Assembly: GCF_009914755.1 (NCBI RefSeq)
Contig: NC_060936.1
DNA: 64,000 bases
Strand: one strand, 5' to 3'
Origin: the human T2T-CHM13v2.0 reference genome, Homo sapiens
The notes under the pieces are model-generated. The model was not told the origin of the DNA, searched no databases, and worked only from the letters and a program-made list of their open reading frames with translations. Shown here piece by piece: positions 27,813-38,542 of the stretch. Numbering within the stretch: position 1 is the stretch's first letter; each line of letters begins with the position of its first letter. The translations under genes and the position numbers were made by a program.

Positions 27813-28659
27813 GCTGTTTTGATTGTACAGATGCTCTGTTCTTAGCCCCAGAAAGGTCTCCTGGGTACCACGCCAGGACCAGAGGAAAGTCTTTCGTTCC
27901 CAAAGCTCAGGGAAAGGGCTACAGGCTGGGTTTTTAGCTCACTGGGTCTCTGCGGCATTGCCATTGCCCACGGGCTTGGCGCAGGTGGGCCCCCAGCTGA
28001 ATGGCTGGGTTTGATGGCAGAGCCACCGTCTTGCTCTTCAGCCCAAGGGAAAACATGGCTATGGTAGTTTCTTCTATTTTCAGCACATTAGAGAAACCAA
28101 CTTTGTATGGAGGACATGAAAGCTCATTTCATAGGCCAGAGGAGGCCCGTGAAAGAGAACACTGTGTGCAAACAGCAGGAGAGAAAGACCCGAAGGAAAT
28201 TTCCATCCCGGCTGAGGTCCTCTCCTGGACTTGGCTGCTCACAGGAGCCTTGTGAAGATAGAAGTGTACTCCTTCTATCCCAGGCCCTTTTTCACACCCC
28301 CTTCTTCTCAGAAGAAAATCCGAAACCCAGCTCTTGTAAAGGGGTGCGTATCTGCCATTCCTCTTTGACCTTACATTTATGAAAACTGAGTCTAGCTCCA
28401 CCTGCAATCTTGATCAATCCCAAGATTTGAGGCCACTGGGTGGAGCAATACAGGGAAGGAGTTATAGTTAAAGGATGCTGGAGTTCAAAGGGGTCTTAGT
28501 CTAAACTACTTACATTTGGGGTTTCTGTGGTTCTCATCCTTCTGTGACATCTCTGCTGCTATTGAGGGCTCAGCATGCAAGAGAAATGAGCCTAGATGAC
28601 CACATCCTCAGCTCGATCCACTCTGTCCACTTCCAGACTGCCATGAGCCTGGGAAGGGT

Positions 28660-29250
28660 GATGTAGCTGAATCTATGAGAAGAGCGATTCACCTGTGCCC
28701 AAATCCTGACATAGCTTCGCCTGAGTTCTGTGTCTCTGAGCAAGTGACAACTTCTCCGAGACTCAGTTTCCTCATCCATAAAAACGGAAGGAGTAGCTCT
28801 TGCCTCATTTGTCAGTGGGGTTAAATGAGACAATATGTAAAAAGCAGCAAACAGGCCAGGCACAGTGGCTCACACCTGTAATCCTAGCACTTTGGAAGGG
28901 CGAGGCGGGTAGATCGCTGGAGATTACTAGTGTTTCCACCTCCTTAAGCCCAGGAGTTCAAGACCAGCCTGGGCAATATGGTAATACCCCATCTCTACTA
29001 CTACTACTACTACTAATAATAATAGTACAAAAAATTAGCTGGATGTGGTGGTATGCACCTGTAGTCCCAGCAGCTTGGGAGGCCGAGGTGAGAAGATCAC
29101 TTAGCTTGGGAGGTTGAGGTGGGCTTTGAGTGAGCTATGATGGCGCTGCTGAACTCCAGCCTGGGCAACAGAGTGCAGTGGCACCATCGCTGCACATTTT
29201 AAAAAGCAGCAAACAGCGCTTAGCATGTGGTAGACATTTAGGAAGCAAGA
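28660..29250 (+). mobile_element. MIR SINE split by an Alu
   Basis: CTCAGTTTCCTCATCCATAAAA...TTAAATGAGACAATATGTAAA | GCGCTTAGCA. Confidence 0.8.
28854..29200 (+). mobile_element. Rearranged AluJ/S SINE
   Basis: 15-bp TSD AAAAAGCAGCAAACA at 28839-28853 and 29201-29215; internal non-Alu insert, (CTA)n linker and no poly-A tail. Confidence 0.93.
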
Positions 29251-29804
29251 GAGCCCCTTCTCTCCTGGGTCCTGAGTGCTAGTTTTTCTGTCTCACTCTC
29301 CTCTGCCTCCTGATACACAGCAGTAGTGGTGAAGGTGCTCCTGTCTTTGACCAGGACCCGGGATGCCTGGTTTCCTAGCAGCCACATGATTTTCACCCCA
29401 GTTTAACCATACCCAGTGATGGGGTCTCTTCCACAACAAAATTTGGATAAAGTATTCTGGAAGTTGGAGATGACTAGTGTTTCCACCTCCTTGCTTTTCA
29501 GAAAACACCTGTTCTTTCTATTTGTGTCAGGATTAGAACATGGAATCTTGGCAAAAAGAAGATGTTACTTTTAATTAAACATCCTGAGCCTCGTTTCTCA
29601 GTCTGAGATGAATCAGTGAGCTCCATCTGGGTGGAGGTGAAGGAGAGCAGGAAATCATTTTTAATAGAAATATAAACTCTGATGGCCACAAGATTAAAGT
29701 CAAGGATACGTGTTGGTAACAAGGCACCTGGCACATAGTAGGATCTCAGTGTATGTTACTTTCTTATCCTTGATGTCACACCTGAAGCAGGTCAGCAAGC
29801 AAAG

Positions 29805-30040
29805 GAAACGGGCTGGGAGTCCAAGATCTGGGTTTGAGTGTCAGCACGTCCTCTCATTAGCTGTGTGCCCTCAGGAAAACCACTTAACATCTCTGAGCCC
29901 CACGTTTCTCATCTTAAAGGCTGGAAATAATTGCAACTTTTACCTACCTCGTGGGGTGGTTGTGAGGCTTGAATCATCAAATGAAAGGGCTTTGTAAATG
30001 GCAGAACTCCATAGAATGGTAGTTCCTCCTCCTTATCATT
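29805..30040 (+). mobile_element. MIR SINE
   Basis: TTAGCTGTGTGCCCTCAGGAAAACCACTTAACATCTCTGAGCCCCACGTTTCTCATCT. Confidence 0.85.
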
Positions 30041-30944
30041 GCGGTTAGTGATAATTGTGTATCTTTTTCATTTGACTTGGGTAAATATTAGCCAATTCCC
30101 AGTCATGACTCAAACTAGATATTTTTCAAATGATAACGATTTTTAGGCCATTTCCTAACTCTTGCAATGAAATATGGATCGTGTTTGCTTTCTGGAGTCA
30201 GAAATTCAGATTTTTTCCATCCTTTATTCCTTTTTACAACTGATGTGTAATTCCCAGCTCACCAAGGTACCAGATGGGAGATCAGGAGGTCTTTTGAGAA
30301 GAAAGAAAAAGCTCATTGAAAACTGCTGATATGGAATGTTTATTTAATTTCAGAGGAGGAGGGTCTGTTTTTGTTTTTTAGGTGTAATACAAGTAGGGTT
30401 TATTGCTGTTTGAGCTTTTAATTGATTTACTAATATTTTTTATAGCTTCTTATTTTAATGTTTACAGGTCCCCAGATGCTGAGATTTACTGACCTCCGTG
30501 AAGGAATTGATAAATGATTTAGTTGAAATAGCAAAACTGGAGGCATTGTGTGAATTAGAAATTGTGCCACGGAGCCCACTCAGGTGCCACTAATTTATTT
30601 AATGTGATTTGGTTTGTACAGCTGTTCCTCACCACAGACAAAGGAAAAACAAACACCAACTGTTCCCCTAGAAAAATGGGGAGTGCCCCGAGGGATTGGG
30701 CCAAAGACTAGGGAGCACCCGGGAGGATCCAGCAGGCTGGCCTGTGTTGGGTCAGTGCAACAAGGCTTCCTTCCAGAGGCCTGGGCGAGCCCTGTCTAAC
30801 CTACTCCATCCTCACCTCCGTGCGACTTCCATCTCGTGACGTTCTACTGAATCTGTGATTTCGCTAAGGTTGATTTCAGTGGGTTTGTTTTGTGAATACT
30901 TTTTCTTCTCTGGCATCATCAGAGATTTCTTGCAATTTTTAAAC

Positions 30945-31200
30945 TTTTTTTTGTAGGTATGAGACAAATACTTGTTTAGTATAGAAAGTATAGAAAATAA
31001 ATGCAAGTCAAATGAATAAGGTAAAAATCACCAGCAAATCCACCACCCAGAGATAATCATTGCTAACAATTTTGATAAATATCTTTCCAGACTTTTTCTC
31101 TGATATTCATGTTTGTATTTTTTAAAAAATGAATACTCCTAGCTTATATTGTTTGGTAACCTGTTTTTATTCATGTGTCATTTTTGAGCAGTTTTTCTCC
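30945..31200 (-). mobile_element. Old L1ME-type fragment
   Basis: AAAAATCACCAGCAAATCCACCACCCAGAGATAATCATTGCTAACAATTTTG...TTTCCAGACTTTTTCTCTG. Confidence 0.7.
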
Positions 31201-32133
31201 ATAACATTCAACTGCTTTGCTTAGACTGGTGTTCAAAGGGGGCTCATACAGACCAACCCTAATTTAAAAAAATCTTACTAGGAATGGTTTGCCCAAGTGC
31301 ATTGTGCCGTTGTAGAGAGCTGTGCATTTCTGTTTGGGTCGCTTTAATGTCATTTCAAGGGCACTGACATAATAAGAATGCCCTTCCCCCTTTCTTTAGC
31401 CCATTTAAGGTACTTTATTAACAAGTTCCCAAGGGTGACTTTGTTATTCTTGTTCCCTTTCTTCCACCCATCCATCTGTTCATCCATCCATCCATCCATC
31501 CATGTATGGAGCAATTAGGCTGTGCCAGGCATTGTGTCTGCTGATAAAAACACAGATACATAATTTCAGCAGCCCCTGTCCACTAGGGTACCAGTCTCCA
31601 TCCAGAACTTCCATCTGCCCTGGACATGAGATAGGGACCTCCATCTTATTTCTTCACTATGGAGTTGATTACTTCCAGCGAGCTATCTAGCAGATAATTC
31701 CTCCCTTTACAGTGGAGGCATCTCAAGGGTAGGAACTGTATATCACCTCTCTTCTATAAACCGCGAAATGCTGACTGTGCCTGTAGCCTAATACTCAGGG
31801 AGACCACGAGGTGAACTGAATTTTAGAGCTGAGGGTGAAGCGGCGGGAACATTTTTAAAAAGCTGTTTCTCAACACAACTCTTATGTATGTCATCGATCA
31901 AAGAAAAATGAGGATGCTAACAAAAATGTTCTTTGATTACTTAAGACTTTATTTTTCTAAGTGTGGTCTTCTTAGGTCTTTGAGAGACAGCAAGGCCTTT
32001 TTGTTAAGGTTTAGACACATTTTCTCTTGGTGTGTTCTAGAGAAGCACGGCTTTATGTAAAAATGTAAGATTTATTTTTGCCAGTAAAATATAACACACA
32101 GCCCAGCCCAGCAACAGCATACATCCTCACTGG

Positions 32134-32284
32134 ATGCCAGCAACAGTCACTGTGAAATGTTACAAGTGCAAACAGCCCCAGTCCCTCCTCAGACAGAGCA
32201 TGCTGCCCATGCCGGCAACAGTCACTGTAAAATGTTACAAGTGCAGACAGCCCCAGTCCCCTCCTCGGACAGAGCATGCTGCCC
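32134..32284. repeat. 75/76-bp tandem duplication (2 copies)
   Basis: Copy 1 at 32134-32208, copy 2 at 32209-32284; 4 substitutions and a 1-nt indel. Confidence 0.95.
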
Positions 32285-32744
32285 TTTTTCCAGGGAAGTG
32301 GGGTTATTTCTTTTTATGGTGCCATTTTGACTTCCTAAGACTACCATAGATTTATAAGGAAATAATTCCTCCAATGGGCCTAAGTGACATCCTAAAGTTT
32401 TACACGAGCCGGTTATGAAATTGCAAGAACTGTTTCATGGAAACATTTCCATGTCACCAATGTAGGCCCATTTATTAAATTTATGGAACTTGCTGTATGT
32501 GCTTTTTTAAAGATACCAAAATATATTTAATAACCTCAACCCGGAGGCAAACCTCGAGGGTTAATTACAGTAATGAATGTGGCCAACACCCGGGCTATTC
32601 AGGAAGAGAGAGTGGCTCTGTGCTCTGCCTGAGTGCCTCACCTTGTGCTAGCAGACTCAGGGGGTAACTCCATAAACTTTCATCATCCAACCTCTTCCCA
32701 CTTTCACCTCTCTAGGTAATCTGGTCACTCTTGGATGAATAGCA

Positions 32745-33255
32745 GATGTATGAGAATAACCTTGAGATTTGGGATCGAAAGGCCTGACTCTGAGATCTGA
32801 TTCTACCCCATTTATTATGTACTGTGTGGCCTTGGTTATGTCACTGTCCTACTCTGGGCTTATTTTTACATCTATAAAAGGCCAGCATACTAATAGCACT
32901 CATCTCAGGATTTGAGGGGAAACAGAACTTTGGGAGGAGCAAGGAGCAGCATGGAAGAAAAGAAGAGAGTCTAGTCTTAAAAACGTTTACAAATGTATCA
33001 TAGTCCAGAAAGTCTTGTTTCAAACTGTGCCATCTGCATGGAGGTAGTTGAATGTAACAGTGACAAGTGCAAATCCTGGGGTCACGCTGCCTAGGTGTGA
33101 ATCACAGCTGAATCTCTTTTTCCTCATCTGTAAACTTGGGATCATAATGACTACTCACAGGGCGGTTCTGAGTATTAACTTAGTTCATCAACCTAAAGTG
33201 CTTTGCACAGCATCGGGTACATCATGTTCAATAAATGTAAGTAGTTGTATTTCTA
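32745..33255 (+). mobile_element. Two MIR fragments
   Basis: CTGTGTGGCCTTGG...TTTTTACATCTATAAAA; TTTCCTCATCTGTAAACTTGGGATCATAATGAC. Confidence 0.75.
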
Positions 33256-33280
33256 ATTTTTAACTTTTTATGCCTATTGA

Positions 33281-33726
<446 letters not shown>

Positions 33727-35204
33727 TCTTTCTCTTTTAATCTTATTTAGACTATCATGTATAGAATTAAGATTGAATACTTTATTTAAATTGCTACTAA
33801 TTGCAAGTTCTGTTTGGTAGGGGTTTAGAATATGCTTAGCATTTGAAATGATCACGGGTATAGGTTTTCTGTCCCTGAAAAACACCTGAACTGTTTCCCT
33901 CAAGCTTTCCAAAACAATTCAACTTTGGATGCAAGCGAGAATGGAGAAATTTAATAAAGATTTTTATTTGTTTTCCAAAATGCAATACAGAAGATTGGGG
34001 TTATTGTGAAACGTGGGCAGGCTTTTGTAGTCCCCTTTACCTTGAATTCTGCTTTGCCAAAGCAAGATTTTATTAAGATAGGACTATCCAATTTCCTTCC
34101 GTTGTTCTTGGGACTCTGTGTTTTTGCAACTCGTTTGCCTCTGTCTGCGTGTTGAATTCTAGAGGGTGCGATGATGGAAGAATAAAATGGGATGGAATAA
34201 TACCAGTGTCCTGCTGCATTGGTATTCAAATTCAGTATCCAAGGCTCCACATGCCTGAAATACAGATTTACTCTGAAATACAGTGGATGGCCAACAAATG
34301 TTTCCTGATTGAAAAAAGATGGAAGGAAAGGGAAGGGAGAGAAGGAGAAGCTAGGGAAGTCCTGTGTGGAACAGTAGAGCTGGGATCAGGTACCTCATCA
34401 GAGAGGCGGGGCAAGGTCTGATAACCCCTTTTTTCACCGTTCTACAGTACCGTGTGCGGTGGGGTCTGGAGTGAGCCAGAACAGATAAGTCGTTGCCCCT
34501 TGCCATCCCCCAAAACTATGCCCAGGGTAGCTGGCCAGGACTCTGTCTGCATCACACTCCTGCCAGTGTATGGCATGGGGCCTGGCAAATAGGAGGTACC
34601 TTTAAAACGCTTGTTGAGCAGAACATTCCAGTTGACCTGATAGTTCTTCATGAACATAGTCATTCATTTTCATTGACAGAACTTATGTTAAATGATACGA
34701 AGTTATTTTGAGAGGTAAGTGACCCTGACCCTGTCCACAAGAATTATTCAGTTCCGTGAATTTGGTCCAGCAGAGTCTGGTTTTTAACAGTCATTTGGCC
34801 TGAGCTATTGACTGCAAACTTTTAAGATTCTTCCAGGCCGTCTCATTAGAAGTTGACAGCACTTTGGCACCACGGAGACCTACAGGTGTCCTTATTCCCC
34901 CACCACGCTTCTGGTAATGAGAAATGAAAGTCGTCCAGCCTCACTCAGCTCACTGTGTGTTCCAGATTACACACCAAGGTTGTGCAATCTAGCCTTGGTT
35001 TTGCTAGATACTGATCCGGCTCCAGATAAATGTCATTGGATGACAACATATATGTTCCTTAAAACTCCAGCTTTTGGAGTTTCATCCCAGTCCTTACCTT
35101 GCATCTCAATCAGGGACAGAATTTTGGCCGTCATTTGGGAAGGAGCCAAGTGGACACAGGATGGTTTTAGACGAGTGGTCCTAACTTTTTCATCTGCATT
35201 TCCA

Positions 35205-35420
35205 TCCAGTGTTGGAGCTAGGACTTCCGCATGCATCCAGACTCTGCTTTCTGCTCATTTCATGACCTTAGGGGAGCTATGAATTCCTCTGGGCCTCAGT
35301 TTCCTCATCGGTAAAGCAAGCAAGTCATGGACCTACCTCAGGCTGGTTGTGAGGATGGAATGAGATGCTGCCTGTCAGCTTCTTAGCACCACCTAAGGTC
35401 TCTGGTGATGCTGGTTATTG
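35205..35420 (+). mobile_element. MIR SINE
   Basis: CTCTGGGCCTCAGTTTCCTCATCGGTAAA...GGTTGTGAGGATGGAATGAGAT. Confidence 0.85.
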
Positions 35421-35572
35421 CAGCTGCACATCCAAAGCACCTGGCGAGCTTTCAAACACCTTAGACACCCAGACCCACGGAATCAGAATCTCTAGGGGTA
35501 TGCACCCATGAGTTCATGGTTTTTAAAATCCTCAGAGATGATTTGTGTGCCTAGTCAGGATTGAAACCACTA
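35420..35572. mobile_element. MER5-type hAT MITE
   Basis: GAATCAGAATCTCTAGGGG...TTTTAAAATCCTCAGAGATGATT...TTGAAACCACT. Confidence 0.7.
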
Positions 35573-35609
35573 ATTCTAAAGGAACTGGATTCATGGGGTT
35601 TTGTCTTTA

Positions 35610-35890
35610 GGAGGGAGTCTAGCCAGTAGAGCCAACCCACAGAAGCTGGAGTAAGAATACTTGGGTTCCAATCCCGGTACCACCCCTGGCTTACCCCCAC
35701 ACCATATACCCTGGCTGTGTGACCTTGAGCTAACGACTTAACTTCCCTGGAAGTCAGTTTACACAATAAGAAAGTGAGGACAGTATTTATGAGCACCCCT
35801 CATAGGGTCATATAGGGACTAAATGAGATTATCCATGCCAAGTCTTATATTAAAAAGTGCCTGCCACAAAGGAAGCCCCCAGGAAGCGGT
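35610..35890 (+). mobile_element. MIR SINE
   Basis: GGCTGTGTGACCTTGAGCTAACGACTTAAC...CTCATAGGG...CTAAATGAGATTAT. Confidence 0.8.
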
Positions 35891-36467
35891 GAGCACATGA
35901 TACATGTTAACTCACTCTCCAGAACAACCCTGGGTAGTAGATTATGTCATTATCCAGTTTCCGTATGTGGAGCATCTCTGTAACTCCTCTAAGGTCACGG
36001 GTGTTAAACCCACTCCCGAGACACCATGACAACACAGAACACACTGCGTTGGGACGTCAGCTGGGTCAGCTGAAGGACTTGTGAGTGCAGCTCCCTGAGC
36101 TGCAGCTGACCACACAAGTGGGCAACTGAATACAGTCCCCATAAAGCATGTTTATCTTATCTGGGGCTGGAGATTAGCTGTGTTGTGCAGAAGGGAAGAG
36201 GCATTCCAGGTCTTTCCAGCTGTCTTGCCTGTGAACATTTATCGTCCCCTAGTTCCGACGTTTATTATCCCCCCGGGTGGATAGCACTAATTCATACCAG
36301 TCTGTCCGATGGCAGCAACCCCCATAGATGTATGGGTCATGGCGGAAGAGGGAGAAACCCCAGACTCTTGCTATTTGGAGGGAATGAGATTCTGATAGTC
36401 ACAGCCCTCAGCAAACTGTTCTCTTTGGAACCAATACAGTTGTTTTCCTGTAAGAACACAGAGAAGA

Positions 36468-36673
36468 CCCAGGCAACTCTGGGTTCCAGAAATGAAGGCC
36501 TCCTTGAGAAGCCACATTAACCCTGACATTTCTTTCTCCCCATTTCTGTGGGCAAGGAACACGGCCCCCAGGCAACTCTGGGTTCCAGAAATGAAGGCCT
36601 CCTTGAGAAGCCACATTAGCCCTGACATTTCTTTCTCCCCATTTCTGTGGGCAAGGAACACGGCCCCCAGGCA
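36468..36673. repeat. 99-bp tandem duplication (2 copies plus 8 bp)
   Basis: Units start at 36468 and 36567, with a third CCCAGGCA at 36666; single mismatch (ATTAACCC vs ATTAGCCC). Confidence 0.97.
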
Positions 36674-37234
36674 CTGAGGAAGTCCCCACTGCAGCGTGCG
36701 TTAGACGTACGCACCCCTCTGCAAGCACAGGCTCGCACAATCGCCCGCTGTGTCTCCTGCCAGCCAGCTGGGTGAATGTTCCCGGGCAGCCAGAGCGTTT
36801 TTCCTCCCCTCCTCACACTCCCCTCCCCTTCTCCTGCCCCGCCAGCTCCACGCCCTCCTGAATGTTCCATTCTAAACAGCCACAATCAGGAGCCTGTTCT
36901 GCACTGGGAAAAAGAGCAGCATGAAGGCTTTTAAACTTGCTGGGTAATTTAAGGTATTTATCGCTATTTGGAGAGCTTTGCTTGTTTTGAATCCATTCCC
37001 CCTGCAGCTCTCAGAAATGGTGCAAATGATTTTTTTTCCCCCTTGAAAAGGGATGCTTCTAGGTCTTTCCACTGTCCCCGAGGCCGGATTCTGAATGCAG
37101 GCCTCCAGACCTGGGTGCATTCGCTGAGGTTTTGTTCATTCATAAACGTTAATTGGGCATCTCCCTGCTCCAGGCCTACATTGTGTTTGTAGAGTGCTCC
37201 CCCTTTCTGCAGTGGACTGTGTTTCTAACTCATG

Positions 37235-37605
37235 CGCAGTAAACGAGGTCAGAGAGCCTGGCTTTGGGATCCAGGCTGACCCAAGGTCAAGCTGCGCCCT
37301 GCAAATTAGCTGTGTGACCCTGGACACCGTTCTCAGCTTCTCCAGAACACAGTTTTTCATCTGTTAAATGGGTATGATGACAGCTCGTAGCTTACTTGCT
37401 TTGGAGGCCAGCCTGCCCGTGTCCAGATCCCAGCTCTGCCACTTCCTCCTCCTGTGAGCCTGGCTTTTCCGTTTTGTCAGTTGATTCACCTTCAGTCAGG
37501 AATAATAGCCAATCCCTCAAAAGGTGGCAAGAGAACTGAGTTGATGCATATCAAATACTTGTGCTTAGCACATAGAAATTGCTCAACTCAACAAATGTTA
37601 GTTTA
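37235..37605 (+). mobile_element. MIR fragments
   Basis: TTAGCTGTGTGACCCTGGACA...CAGTTTTTCATCTGTTAAATGGG; TCCCAGCTCTGCCACTTCC. Confidence 0.75.
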
Positions 37606-38046
37606 GAGGAGGCCCTTAATAAATCTAAGTTCCCTTTTCCCCTCTCGCTTTCCTAAAGCTTCACCTAAGCCAACAGCTGGACAGAGGCGGAAGCTTGCCA
37701 AGAGAGTCAGAAGAATCTGGACTCCACACCGCCTGCTGCAGGGCCTGCTGGCCTCACAGGGAGAGGGAGGAAGGGGGGTCCACCCTGGCCAGGTGCACTC
37801 TGGTGAGAGCAGCCCACAGAGGCCTTGTGGTCTCCCAACTTCCTCAGTCCTTAGGATGCTAACAGGGCTGTAGCAGAGCGAGTCCTCAAAACCAAGGGGC
37901 TTCCCCACCACTCTGAATCCACCAGCAATCTCTGCCTCTGCACGGCACCCAGGGCAGGGTGGTCCTTCCCTGCTTTTCTATTCCAGACCGTCCATGAACT
38001 GCCTCCATTTCCTCCACCCACCCCCAACATAGCCTCCTTCATGGAG

Positions 38047-38542
38047 CATATACACATGTGCAAGTGCATATGTTCAGACCCCCCCACACACACACACTCA
38101 CACTCATACACACTCACACAAACACATCCATACACACATGCACTCACACTTACACACACACTCCCACACATACACACCCACACATGCACTCACACTCATA
38201 CACACACTCCCACACAAACACATCCATACACACGCACTCACACTCATGCACACTCTCCCACACATACCCACACACACACAAATATACTCTCACACATACC
38301 CCTGCATACACACACATTATACATACACACCACATATACACACACACTCCCACACATACCCCTCACATACACAAACCAATACACACCCACACATACACTC
38401 TCACACACACACCCCACATAAACACACACCCACACATACACTCTCACACACACTCCCACACATACCCCCCACACCTATACATATACACCAACAGAAACAC
38501 ACACATACATACATGCACATACATGCACACTCACACACACAC
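38047..38542. repeat. About 500-bp complex (CA/TA/CT)-rich simple repeat
   Basis: Degenerate CACACA array with recurring ACACACTCCCACACATAC and ACATCCATACAC sub-units. Confidence 0.95.

Noticed and set aside
36371-36740. ORFs with a perfect 33-aa repeat in several frames
   Set aside because: Consequence of the 99-bp DNA duplication; no splice or coding evidence
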